Assembly: GCA_037447605.1 (NCBI GenBank)
Contig: CM074816.1
Coordinates: 1,193,873-1,257,872 of the forward strand
Direction: 5' to 3'
Origin: Zygnema circumcarinatum SAG 698-1b
Taxonomy: Eukaryota > Plantae > Zygnematophyceae
DNA: 64,000 nt
Of this stretch, positions 28,104 through 53,800 are shown in pieces (positions within the stretch are counted from its first letter, which is position 1; every line of letters starts with the position of its first letter). Below the pieces are notes generated by a model. That model was not told the origin of the DNA, ran no database searches, and saw only the letters and a list, made by a program, of their open reading frames with translations. The position numbers and the translations under genes were made by a program.

Positions 28104-29225
28104 GGCAGGGGGGGAGGTGAAGGTGGGGTTCAGGGTTGAACGCTTCTTGGGGTAATCAGGGGTTAGGATTTAGGGTTCAGGGATTAGGGTTTCTGGACGG
28201 GGAGAGGGTTCCAGGACAAGGGGCGGTTCCGCCATGTTCTGAGACCCGAGGGGAGGGCCTTCCCCTCCTGCGAGGTCCGGCAGAGCATCCTCCAATGGTG
28301 ATTCGCCACGTATACAAAAGTACGCACGTGGCGATTTGCGATTGGAAGCTGCTTTCTGATTTTGTCTTGACTAGACTTGAGGCCGGGGGGGTTCCATTGG
28401 CATTTTTTGTCGTTCTACGCGGACGGAGAGTTGGGCGTTCCATGGAGACCCGTTTACCAATCAGCGACCACCACGTGGACAATTTAGGCTTCGTCCGCAC
28501 ACATTGCAGACCTGTACGGCCTTGAGCCAGCGTGGCAGCCGTACTGCCCGTGGCAGTGACAGAATCTTTGTGACCACGTGCTCGATATCGATTCGTCCAA
28601 TTTTCATTTTCTGTCAGAGTTTCTTCGGAAGCGTGCCAAATGAGGAGTCCTCATGTGCCACGTCGTCACCACGTCGGCTCCACGTTGGCGCCACGTCGGC
28701 CGTCATCTCCCGGCCCGAGAGGAGAGGGAGGCAGCAGGGTACCGAGTCGGCCTACTCACGAGTCACGGAACGAATCTTTGATCCGTACGGACATGTACAA
28801 ACGATTGCGTTTGGGCGGGGGCCAATCGGAGCGAGCTGCCGGCGGCCACGGACCAATCAGAGAATCGCAGCCGTTGGGGAGGGCCCAAAAGGACAAGTTT
28901 TCAGTTTTTGGCTGTTGTGACGCAGACGGTGCCACGTGAACGCATTTCCACGGTCGGATGCTAAAAGTGGAAGAGGGATGGCACGTGGACGGCCTGGATG
29001 AAATTTGAATTTCACGGCCCATGACTGCCGGCCACTTTAGTACACAGGCGAGCCAAATTCGTACACAAACCGAGAAAATTCGTACGCAAAAGGAGCCAAA
29101 ATTCGTACACATTTCTGGAGCCACCGACACTGAACACTTTCCTGTCGCTTTCGTCGTCGGTTCGAAAAGGTCGGGATTAGCCAGCTGGCTGGAAGTGAGT
29201 TGGTCACATGTCGACCGTCCTAGGG

Positions 29226-29368
29226 CTACGTTGTTGAGGCTAGGCGTAGCCTTCCGCTCCTAGCTTTTTTCATTTGTCCTTTGCGGCCAGTTCCTCGTGG
29301 TTTCCTACGCTGATGTTGTCCATGTACATTCGATGGCATCATCGCCATCATGAGATCCATGCCACATC
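29226..29368. repeat. Dispersed repeat, copy 2 (homologous to 241-393)
   Basis: See copy 1; shared exact core tgtacattcgatggcatcatcgccat. Confidence 0.85.
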
Positions 29369-30112
29369 CTTAAATCCTTAACGAGTACATTCCATTCGTC
29401 CGCCGGTACTAAAATGCGGCTTTGAGATGTACTCCATTCAGATACCGTTCAGGCGGGCTGGTATCCCCAATATCGGCGTACCGAACATATCGGCCGTCGA
29501 GCGACGTCGCTCAAGTCGTCCAGCGCGCACTATTGGCACATTCAAGCGCGCGACGTCGCAGCGCGTCGCTGTATGGACTGCGCGCCCTCTCTCTCCCTGA
29601 CTCTCGCTCGCACACATGCCGGCATCTCTCACTGAATGACTACCTTCCCGTCGTGGCAGCGTCCACTCTCTCTCTCCTCTCCCCCTCTCCTCGCTCTGTC
29701 TCCCGCTCTCCAGCTCTCTCTCTCTCATTCTGTCCCCACAGAGAGAAGGAAAGAGCCCGCCGTGAGTGGAGCGAGAGAGAGGGATTGCCTAGAGAGAGGG
29801 AGGGAGAGGGGGGGCGAGAGGAGTGAGTGGACGAGGGAGAGGGAGTGGGCGGGGCAGGCGAGGCATCTCGAAGCATCTCTCTCTCCCACAAACACACTCC
29901 CGCGAGAGAGAGAGAGAGAGGACTGTGAGAGGGTGGGAGAAAAGAAGTGAGGGCAAGAGAGAGGGAAAGTGAGGCATGTCTTTCTCTATCTTCCTCTTCC
30001 ATCTGGCAGCCGTCGCTCTCTCTAACTCTCTCCTCCCCACTCCCCTCTCCCCTCTCCCCTCTTCCCCTCTTCCCCTCTTCCCCTCTTCCCCTCGTCCCCA
30101 ATTCCCCACTTC

Positions 30113-30320
30113 CCTCTTCCCTCTTCCCTCTTCCCTCTTCCCTCTTCCCTCTTCCCTCTTCCCTCTTCCCTCTTCCCTCTTCCCTCTTCCCTCTTCCCTC
30201 TTCCCTCTTCCCTCTTCCCTCTTCCCTCTTCCCTCTTCCCTCTTCCCTCTTCCCTCTTCCCTCTTCCCTCTTCCCTCTTCCCTCTTCCTCTTCCCTCTTC
30301 CCTCTTCCCTCTTCCCTCTT
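30113..30320. repeat. Heptamer tandem repeat (TCTTCCC)n
   Basis: About 25 consecutive ctcttcc units; the REEGRGK and PSSLFPL ORFs are translations of it. Confidence 0.95.
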
Positions 30321-30781
30321 CCCCTCTTCCCTCTCCCCTCTCCGCCCTCCCCTCCCCTCCCCTCCCCTCCCTTCCCTCCCTCTCTCCCTGCCGCTGCTGC
30401 TCTTCTTTCCGTGTTCCTTGCCCTGTCCAGTCAGCCTCACCTAGCGTCTCTCCTTCATCATGCGGCAATCAAAAGTGCATTACTGGCTTTTGTGACACAC
30501 ATTTTCTGTGCGTTTCTTCAACAGTGTTGTTGTGCAAGCGAAGCCGTTGAGCTTCGTGAAGGTCTCCCCGCTTGCGAAACCCCTTTTACTGCCATCGCTC
30601 GTCAGGGGACACTTCCCCCTCACTGCATCATGATGGTGATGATGGCGCTCCTGCGACCCCGCCCTCCACCGATGCATAACGTGCACGTCAGCATGCAGCC
30701 TCTTTCGCATCAACAGTCTGCAGCCGCGGGGTTCAGGGTCGGGTCAGGGTTCCACAATGCCGCCGGCTCAGGGTTTAGGGT

Positions 30782-31224
30782 TTAGGGCCGCGCCCTGCGC
30801 GGGCGCGAGCAGCAGCAGTTGCAGCATCGCCGCCAGGACAAGGCGCGCGCCGCACGAGCTGTTGTACGGAAAGAAGGCCGCCCAGCAGAGCCATGCGGTA
30901 GTAGTTGTTGTTGTTGTTGGGCCACGGGCTCACGCATGTTGTGCGAGTGGTCGTTCGCTGCAACACCATGTTGCAGGCCATACAAGCACCATGGGCATGA
31001 CAAAGGGATTCCAAAAAACCCATTTGTCTGCTCATAGGGAACACTAATGGGCTGACCATCAGGTGGTTATCTGAGAGAATCCAGCATGGCAAGTCAGGAA
31101 TAGGCATGAGGGCATGACATGCAGGCCGCAACTGCCGTGTTGCCATGCGGCTGAAGGGGTTCAGGGCCGCGAGTTGCCAACTTTTCGCGAGCGCAAGCGC
31201 GGGCGGTTCCGCTGCCAGTTCCAT
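30782..31224 (-). CDS. Candidate small two-exon protein with a poly-Gln stretch and Cys-rich basic C-terminus
   Basis: Exons 31224-31182 and 30957-30782 joined by a GT-AG intron give MELAAEPPALALAKTNDHSHNMREPVAQQQQQLLPHGSAGRPSFRTTARAARALSWRRCCNCCCSRPRRARP; no recognised homology. Confidence 0.25.
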
Positions 31225-32427
31225 TTCCGGTTCACGGCACTGTTTCCATGTCCTAACGCTTCTCGTAAAGTTACAGATTCAACCGATTCACATACGGAAA
31301 TATCCAATCCCGATATTAAATATCGTTCCTACATTCTTGACGGATGTCGATACGATATTCCTCAATCAGCCCGAGGCAGTGGACTGCCGGGCAGGCACAA
31401 AAATGGTTTTTTTTTATTTTTTTATTTTTTTTTAGAAGCGGATGACGGCGGTTCCCCGAAAGCCGCGCCGCCGTCCGTACAGTGCGCGACCTACCAGGCC
31501 GCGGGCCGCCCCTCCTTGCACGTGCGAAGAGTCTGCTTCTGGAGAACTGTACGGTCAACGACAGCGTGCTAAATCGGACGGCATCAAACACGCCACCTCA
31601 TTCGACGGTCCGAATCGGATGGCTCATATGGAACGATCATTAAGTGTGATGGCGTCAGCACGGGAGGCCGCCAGGGTGGCTGACACGTGTGTGACGTTCC
31701 ATTTCGGAGCGGCAAAAATAAAAAGACAAGAAGATTATTTGTTTACCTCGCTATTCGCGATTTTGAAGCTGCCCGAAAGAAAAGTTCTTGCTCTTGTACA
31801 CGTGACATAATGTACACCGTTGGCTTCTTCGATTTCTCTTGGATTCTTCTGCTAGCTGGATTTAATTCATTTCGGGAATAAGAATCGAAAAAAGAGAAAT
31901 GGAAATGTCATGGAAGGCAGGCGGGCAGTGGGACTTTCTTTTTATGGCGACTGTCCAATAGAAAGATGCCACGTGTACAAACGTGTACGCATTGTACATT
32001 TTCTTTGGATGAGCTTGACAGTAAGTTTGCAAAATGGAAACTTTTGTTTCCCCGGAAGAAATTTCTTTTTCTTTCCGTCGACACTGTACCCTACTGTACG
32101 GTATCTATCCTACTGAACTTTTTTTTTGGAAAAGTCTTTTTTCTTTTTGAGACCTGCCCGTACTTTTGGCCTACTCTCCCCCCCCCACCTTTACTTAGTT
32201 CTCTGCAGGCTCTTTGAAACTGCACCGAATTCTGCTCCCACCGCTTCGAAGGCCTCCTGCAACGCAAATTTGAATGCATATTTGATCCACTTTTCGTTCA
32301 TATTTCATACAGAATCTTCACTTTTTTCATTCATTCGTTCAGATTCTTTGCATATCTGCTCGATTCCGCTTTTCCTTGAGTGCAGAATTAGGGTTTGGAA
32401 GCTGCAACAGGTCGAATATAAGCAGCA

Positions 32428-33142
32428 ATGACTTCATCATCGCAGCTGCGTTTGATGTCGGACTTGAAAGCAATCCGCCAGGAGCCCCCCGAAGTAAACA
32501 CAGAAAATTTGTCCACCAGTTTGAGAGAAACTTGTTCTGTGTGTTCGCATGCATGCATGCGCGCATGCTTGATGGTATGCATGCATGCAAGTGTATGTAT
32601 GCACATATGTTACCTATGCATAGGCGTCTGTTTCGGCATGCACAGAGGTCTGCATGGATGAGCATGACTTGAACTCATCTCGCTTGTATCACTGGTTGTG
32701 TAGTTGCAGGCGGTGTTTGTATTGATAGTATCATCAATATGATAAGGATATTGTTCTAACGGTCGTGTGGGCATGTGCTAAGCATGTACGGGGGATGACT
32801 GAGGGTCTAATTGCAAGTGCTTCCTGAAGAGGATGTCTGTTTCCTGTTGTGGATGTCAGGAGGGAGGGAGGGAGCTGTGGATGCTGATTTCTCCTCCTCG
32901 CCTCCCAAGGCTGATGATGTCGCTTGATGTGATGCTTCATGATGTTGCCAAACGCGTGCAGGGCTGCAGTGCGAGTCCGCATAGCGAAGAAAATCTTTTT
33001 GTATGGGGAGCGACCATATTTGGACCCGATGAGACTCCCTGGGAAGGTATGCGCGCCTGAATATTGTCATCTGTCCTCTCAGAGTTTGGCTGAATCCTTA
33101 AATTGTCCGTCTTGAACGATTGCAGAAGCGCGGATGTTTTGA

Positions 33143-33184
<42 letters not shown>

Positions 33185-33589
33185 CGACTTGTGAATTTCT
33201 GACAAAAGACCGTCTTGGTGTTTGCTTTCTGTCTGTATGCCCCTGGACACGTCTCCATGTTTGTGCGTTTGTGTGTTGGATGTCTGACAGCTGCCAGCAC
33301 TTATCCACTAGCTAACATCGTGTATCATGCGGGAATGTAACACAGGTGGAATATTTTCATTGCGACTAATTTTTGGAGAGCAGTATCCGGAAAAGCCTCC
33401 TCGTGTTCGGTTCACTTCAGAAGTGTTTCATCCAAACGGTGAGACTGCTTTTGCCTCTGCTCACATCTCAGAGAGACTGGTAACTCCTCTTCGGTTTAGT
33501 CTCAGAAAGATGAGGATCAGTAAAGGCGTGCTAGGGTTGTGAAACCCTGCGATGATATTTTGATTATTTGCAGAAATTTGCATTTCTGA

Positions 33590-33623
<34 letters not shown>

Positions 33624-34461
33624 GGGGGTTGTGGTTACAGTGTATAGCGACGGTACGCTCTGCATGGATATAATTCAAGATGCATGGTCGCCCTGCCACA
33701 ATATCTGCACCATATTAACGTCTATCCAGGTGAGCTCCAGGGCTGCATCGCCCATTACTAGGACTACGACTGCGACTATATACAGTTTCTTTTTGAAAAA
33801 CCTCGTATTGGTTTCCACTATGGGTGTAGTTTGAATCCAGAAATTATGCAGCTCTAACCTAACCAACGCCTTCCCATCTTTCCTTGAAAACATTTGATGT
33901 CCTGATTGTGCATCTTCTTCGCAAACCAGCATGGTCTATTATAATTTACTAAGTGCGACGTTTTGTTATCGCAGTCCCTGTTGACTGACCCTAACCCCGC
34001 AAGCCCCGCTAACCCAGAAGCTGCACAGCTCTACTCAAATGACACGGGTGCCTACAATCGGTGAGTGATGCATCTGCCTGTAGCTACAGTGCTATAAAGC
34101 CCCAATTTGTTTTTCGGTTTGGGTATGTAAGAGCATTTGATGGATGTGGGGGGCCTTTATCGTACCTTTACTTGTCGTACCTTTATGTCCACCGTAGTGT
34201 GAATGAAGACTAGCTTAGAACACTCCGATAGGGGAAAATTCAGCGGGTTCTTCTTTCATGGCTGTGCAGCTGTCTGGACTTTCCTGATGATGTCTTGCTA
34301 ATTCACTTTATTTAACATCTTTTTCGATGGAAAAGGAAGGACTTGTTGTTGTTTTCATGTTTTGGAGCAGTCCTGGCTTATGCTGACTCATCAAAGAGAC
34401 CCTGTTGCTTTGCAGGAGAGTGCGTCAGTGCGTACGGAAGTCGTTGGACTCTGCGACATGA
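32428..34461 (+). CDS. Ubiquitin-conjugating enzyme E2, RAD6/UBC2-like, 6 exons
   Basis: Exons 32428-32493, 32962-33046, 33346-33438, 33641-33729, 33975-34060, 34416-34461. Motifs [39 protein letters not shown] (catalytic Cys), [23 protein letters not shown]. Confidence 0.95.
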
Positions 34462-35903
34462 CGATGACATGTTAAACCATCGGAGATGGGGTTGCATGAT
34501 GATCCTGACAATCCTGCATACCGGCGTCCATGCATGCATATATGATATCCTTTCAGGGAGGGATTCTGGAAATTTGAGAACATCTCCACAAGCTCACACC
34601 CGTGCAGTATGCTGGAGGCTGTTGTGAACTGCAAGGCTTCATGGATATTGAAAGGCTGGATTGGTCAAAGGGAGGTGGACAGTTCGGCCTCTGTTGAATA
34701 TCTTCTTCTCTGTAATTAGCCCTTGTAGTTCTTATTGACATGACGGTAGTAGCCCGGTCACTTTTATATGCAGACTGGGTAAGAGGCTGGACGTAGTCTT
34801 AAGTCGGTGTGAGAGGCTCGGAAATTGTGGGAAGGTGGGAGGGATGTAAGGAGTCCTGGCTGATCAGCGGGTACCAGCAAGAGAAGTTCCGTTTTGGAAA
34901 TGTAACTTTTGATGCATCGCCGAATGCACTTTGTGCAGGGCCTTGTTGTTTAATAAAGTGCGCTGAGGAGCTCTAGTTCTGGAAAAGGTCCGACGAAGGA
35001 GAATGTGTAAAGGATCTTTTTGAACGCTGTCTTCTCGCGCTTTCGCGCTCTCCCTCCCCTGCCTCCCTGTCTCTGTCTCCCTCTCCACCCCTCCCGCCTA
35101 GCTTCTGCCTACCTCTCTCCCTCCCTCCCTGCCCCCTGTTCCTCTCTCCTCTCACCCGCCCTCTCCCCTCTCCATTGTCGTCGCCCTTTATCAAGCCCCC
35201 CTCGTCTCCCCCCTCCTTCGGTCCCTCCCTCCCTCCGTCCCCACCATCTCCCCTTCTTCCCTCTCCCACTTTGCCTTCTCGCCGCCCGCTTACCTCAGCC
35301 CCTCGCCCTTGTATGTGGAACCATGAGACCGTGGAGGAGGCCATAAAACCTGGACCATTTGTCAGCACTTAAAAACCCAGAGCTAGAGAACCGACCTGCC
35401 GGATGGGAGGGTGTGCCTCCACGCTCATTTGTTCAATCGTTAGGGTTTGTGTGCATGTCCTCTGTTGCTCTCACCTTTGCCTCGAGCATGGTCAGGGTCT
35501 CGAATATGTCCAACTCTCACGTATGATCAATACCCAGTTTAGTACGTTTTCAATTTTAATGTGCCGTACCCAGCACCGTGTGATAAGAGAGGTTGAGAGA
35601 TGTTGGGTCTGTAGCTGTATCCGCAACTATAACTGTGGTCAATGTGTCAACGTGTCAACGGTGGACTTAAACTGTAAACACTGGTTAAGTTGTTCAGTTG
35701 TTGACAAAGGCGGCAAAAGAATGTACATGTGCAACTGCTGAATATAGAACTGAAGGACTGTGGACCAGCTCCACTTGCAAAAGGAAGTCCTATCTCTCCA
35801 GCACCCTTATCGATTATTGCTCCCACACTAATAATTTCTTATTTATTGCACTGCCGGTCAGATCACAGTATCGACAGAAAGCACAAATCAGGGTTAACGC
35901 GAG

Positions 35904-49343
<13,440 letters not shown>

Positions 49344-49887
49344 GCTCTCAGTTCTACGCTGTTCAGTTCCGGTTTCTGTCAAGAGATTTGATCAAATTTT
49401 GAGAATTTCCGAGCATAGAAATCGTTTGAAGAGCGGAGCATAGAAACACGGGTGTCATTACTATAGTTTTTTTTTTCTTATGCTGACATATTTCTTCATT
49501 TCCTTTTTCAAATTATCTTAGCTTCATGCATAATTTTTAATTCCCCCCATGTCCAAAAGAACAGCATAAGAAAAACGCTGCAACCCTAAATTCCATAAAT
49601 CAAACCAAATCTTGGGGAGCCTGAAACCCGAAAAACCCGACAAGCCTGAAATTCTAATTACTGTATCCTCATTTTTTTTATTATTGATCGAAAATCTGAT
49701 AACCCTAAAAGCGCTCTAAAATTTCCAGAAGCCATCTTACTGTACCCTTGAAATGCCTGAAAATCTGCAATTTCAAACCCTTTCCATGTGCACAGTTGCG
49801 TGTTCGATCCGAACATATTTTTACAATTTCCAAACAAGATCATTTAGAAACCGTATGGTCCGTACACCCTACGCCTCCGAGAGACCA

Positions 49888-50104
49888 CAGTAGACCCCCC
49901 CAATATTTTCGCCCCTCTTATTTTCGCTCCCCAATATTTTCGCCCTGAATTTGCCAAAACCACTTTTTAATATAATACTGCCCGCCTATTGTTAACACGC
50001 ACCCTTATATTTTCGCTACCCAATATTTTCGCTACCCAATATTTTCGCCATGGTTTCGGCAAATATTGGGGAAACCATGGCTAAAATATTGGGGGGGTCT
50101 ACTG
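49888..50104. mobile_element. 217-bp MITE, pogo/Tc1-mariner-like termini
   Basis: Perfect 22-bp TIRs CAGTAGACCCCCCCAATATTTT ... AAAATATTGGGGGGGTCTACTG; internal repeats of aatattttcgc; both flanks read CA. Confidence 0.8.
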
Positions 50105-50865
50105 CAGACCATTTTCGTTTCCGTACAGCTTTCTCCGTTCCCCTAATTAGGGATGGCAAAAAGTTTGTAAAAGGGACTTTTAGAGTTTTAGATTTCAGAT
50201 TAAGGACGTCCTAATATCCAAAAGTTTCAGTTTTACAACAATTTTAGAACAGCCGTACGACTTGACATTGAACGAGAGGTATGGTTGTACGGTACGCAAA
50301 TTGGCTCTGGGCCGTCAGAGAGGCTGTCAGCCTGTCATACGAAAGTATGACCGTACAGAAGTACGGTCATTCTAAAACTGTTTTATAAAACGGCCTTAAG
50401 AACTTTTGATTGGAATTCTAATACACGGTTTTTAGGATTTTAGGGACTGCGTTAGTAGCCATCCCTACTTATGAGTAATGACGCAACTGTACTTAATATC
50501 GACAAGAAAAGACCCCGTTCCCACCTCTCCTTTCTGGTGTTCAGGAGCAGCTGCCGTACGGTCCTTTAGGGCTAAGGGCCAGGCCGGGCGGGCGGGTAAC
50601 GACGGAAGGCCGGACTGCTGACAGCGGCCGTCGTTGACATGTGAACAAAACCTGATAGAAATGCCACGTGGCAGTTCGTATCGTTCGTCACGTGTCGCCA
50701 CGTATGCGTAATCGACGGTCGGATTTGAAGAGGGTCCGCCTGGGCGGCTCAGCCAGCGTATAAACAGGTTCCAAATTAGGGTTCGGTTCATAACATCCGT
50801 GTCGCCGAGCTCTCGCGGTCTCGCCCTCTCCCGGTCTGCGCTCTCTCCCGCTGCCTACCGCAGCC

Positions 50866-53800
50866 ATGGGGGCTCGGGACATGTCTGACGAGGAGAAGGA
50901 GGAGGACGAGGAGGAAGAAGAAGAGGAGGAACAGGAGGAACGCGGCACGAAGCGGCGGAGAAACCAGTTTATTGATGACGTAGCAGAAGAGGATGATGAC
51001 GAGGAGGATGACGAGGAGGACGAGGGTCCGCGCAAGGGGAAGAAGGGGAAGGGCGGCTCTAAATTTATCGACGACGTCGCACAGGTTGCGAGTGACGAGG
51101 AGGAAGAGGAGGAGGAGGAGGAGGATGGTGAGTGAAGGCATGATTAGGGTGTTAGGTTGTGTATGTAGCGTAGGCTCTAATGTGCTCAAAGGCTTGCCAG
51201 ACATCGCTGCCCTTCCATTCTCGCCCTCGCCCTCCCCCTCTCCCTCGCCCTCACCCACGCCCTCCCCTCCCCCTCCCCTCCCCCTCCTCCTCCCCCCTGC
51301 CCCTCCCCTCCCTCTCCCCATACCCCTCCCCCTCCCCCCTCCCCCTCCCCCCCTCCCCCTCCCCCCTCCCCCTCCCCCCTCCCCCCCTCCCCCTCCCCCT
51401 CCCCCCCTCCCTCCCCCCTCCCCCCTCCCCCCCTCCCCCCTCCCCCCTCCCCCTCCCCCCTCCCCCCTCCACCCCTCCCCCCTCCCCCTCCCCCCCTCCC
51501 CCTCCCCCCCTCCCCCTCCCCCTCCCCCTTCCCCCTCCCCCTCCCCTCCCCTCCCCCTCCTCCCACCCCTCCCCCCTCCCCCTCCCCCTCCTCTACACCT
51601 CCCCCCTCCCCCTCCCCCCTCCCCATCCCCCTCCCCCCTCCACCTCCACCTCACCCCTCCCCCTCCCCTCCCCTCCCCCTCCCCCCTCCCCCTCCCCCTC
51701 CCCTCCCCTCCCCCCTCCCCCCTCCCCCCCTCCCCCTTCCCCCTCCCCCCCTCCCCCTCCCCCTCCCCCTCCCCCCCTCCCCCCCTCCCCCTCCCCTCCC
51801 CCTTCCCCCCCCTCCCCCTCCCCCTCCCCCTCCCCCCTCCCCCTCCCTCCCCCTCCCCCTCCCCCCTCCCCCCTCCCCCTCCCCCTCCCCCTCCCCCTCC
51901 CCTCCCCCCCTCCCCCTCCCCCTCCCCCCTCCCCCTCCCCCTCCCCTCCCCTCCCCCTCCCCCTCCCCCTCCCCCTCCCCCTCCCCTCCCCCTCCCCCCT
52001 CCCCCCTCCCCCTCCCCCTCCCCCCTCCCCCCTCCCCCCTCCCCCCACTCCCCTCCCCCCTCCCCCCCTCCCCCTTCCCCCTCCCCCTCCCCCCTCCCCC
52101 TCCCCCCTCCCCCCCTCCCCCCCTCCCCCCCTCTTTCACGTTGGGTTTAGAAAAGTAGTTACCGCCCTCCCCCTCCCTCCTCCCCCTTCCCCCTCCCCCC
52201 CTCCCCCCCCCCTCCCCCTCCCCCTCTCCCACGTTGGGTTTAGAAAGTAGTTACCCCCCTCCCCCCTCCCCCTCCCCCTCCCCCTTCCCTCTCCCCTCTA
52301 AAATTCTAGCACACAGCGCACACTGACTGCCTGTCTCACCTCTAACTGTTCATCATCTGTTCAACACTTCTTCACAATCATGTACTTGCATGCTTTAATG
52401 ATCACTAAGTCTTCGAAGTCGTAAAAAGAATCTCACCAATTTTTCTTAGTTTTGCCGCGTGTCGGAATCCTTCAGGCTTCATTGAAGATGTGGACCTCGG
52501 GGACTTGCCCGAGGAAGGAGGGCCTCAAAGGCGGGGCCGCCCTATTCCCCTGCACCCGGACCAGGATGAGAATGAGGAGGACCTTGAAAAGTACATTCAG
52601 GAGAGGTATGGGAGGCAGGATGTTGAATATGAGGAGACGGAGACTACGGAGGTGGAGCAACAGGCGCTCCTTCCGTCAGTGAAAGATCCGAAACTGTGGA
52701 TGGTTAAGTCGCAGGTGAGAGAGTTTGGGGCTAATACTGGGCTGTGGAAATGGAAATATGAAATTTTTGTTTTAGTTTTTTCTTCAAAAAATTCCGTTGA
52801 TCAGAGAGGTGTGGTTTATCAGTTACAGTGGATTGTGGACCGTAGGTTTCGGGAAGCCTTTTTTCTTTGAGTCAATTTGATTGTGAGGAAAGAGTGATTC
52901 TGCCCGTTGGTGGACTTGGGGGTGACCAGTTTTTTGGCTAAAATTTGATCAGAAATTCAGAACTTTTTATTCGCTGCTACCGCCTTGTTTTCCTTCGCTT
53001 GGTTTTCTCCTTCAAGTCATCCTTCTATCACCATTCGACCCTCCAGACCACCTCTCCTTTCTCTTCCCTTGCTGTCTCCCTGCACTTCCCTCTGTCCGTT
53101 CCCAGTTTGCGTGCATCAGTTATTGTTTAATCTCTATTCCAATATTCCCCTCTCCCTCTTCTGTACCTGCTTTCATTGTTCCTTGCGTCTCAATCATGTC
53201 TCACTTTCTTCTTCCCCCCCCGCCCCTCTCTTTGTTCTCCCCCCCCTCCTCTGCTACAGTGGACCAATCTTTGAACAAGTTGTTGTTGTGTGTGGATGTC
53301 TCACTTTCTTTCCCTGCTCTCTCTCTCTCTCTTTCTCTTTCCTTTTCTCTCTCCCCAACCCCTTCACATTGCGACAATGTTTATGTTAACCATGCTGTTG
53401 TTCTGTGTGGACATGCAGATTGGCCACGAGAGAGAGGCAGTGGTCAGTCTCATGCAGAAGTACATCAACAAAGAAGGTTCTGATGAGCCCCTCCTCATCA
53501 AATCTGCTGTAGCGCTCGATCACTTGAAGGGTTACATCTATGTGGAATCAGAGAAGGAGGCTTACGTCAAGCAGGTATGGGTAACGTTCGTTATCGCCCA
53601 TGCAATGACTTTAAATTTTCTGTGGGTTTACAGAGTCAGAACTTAGGCTCAGGCTTGCCGTCTTCTGATACTTCATACTGTTTGAAAATCTCAACAGGAT
53701 ACATACTTATTTCTGATCGTTTTTTTTTTTTTTTCCGGATTTCAACTGGCTGCCTTCTTGAAGTGATTGACTGATTAATTTACAAACTAAAGAGAGTAAG

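Noticed and set aside
50993-52250. Extensin-like 385-aa and 356-aa Pro-rich ORFs
   Set aside because: They lie in SPT5 intron 1 (C-rich tract) and have no signal peptide
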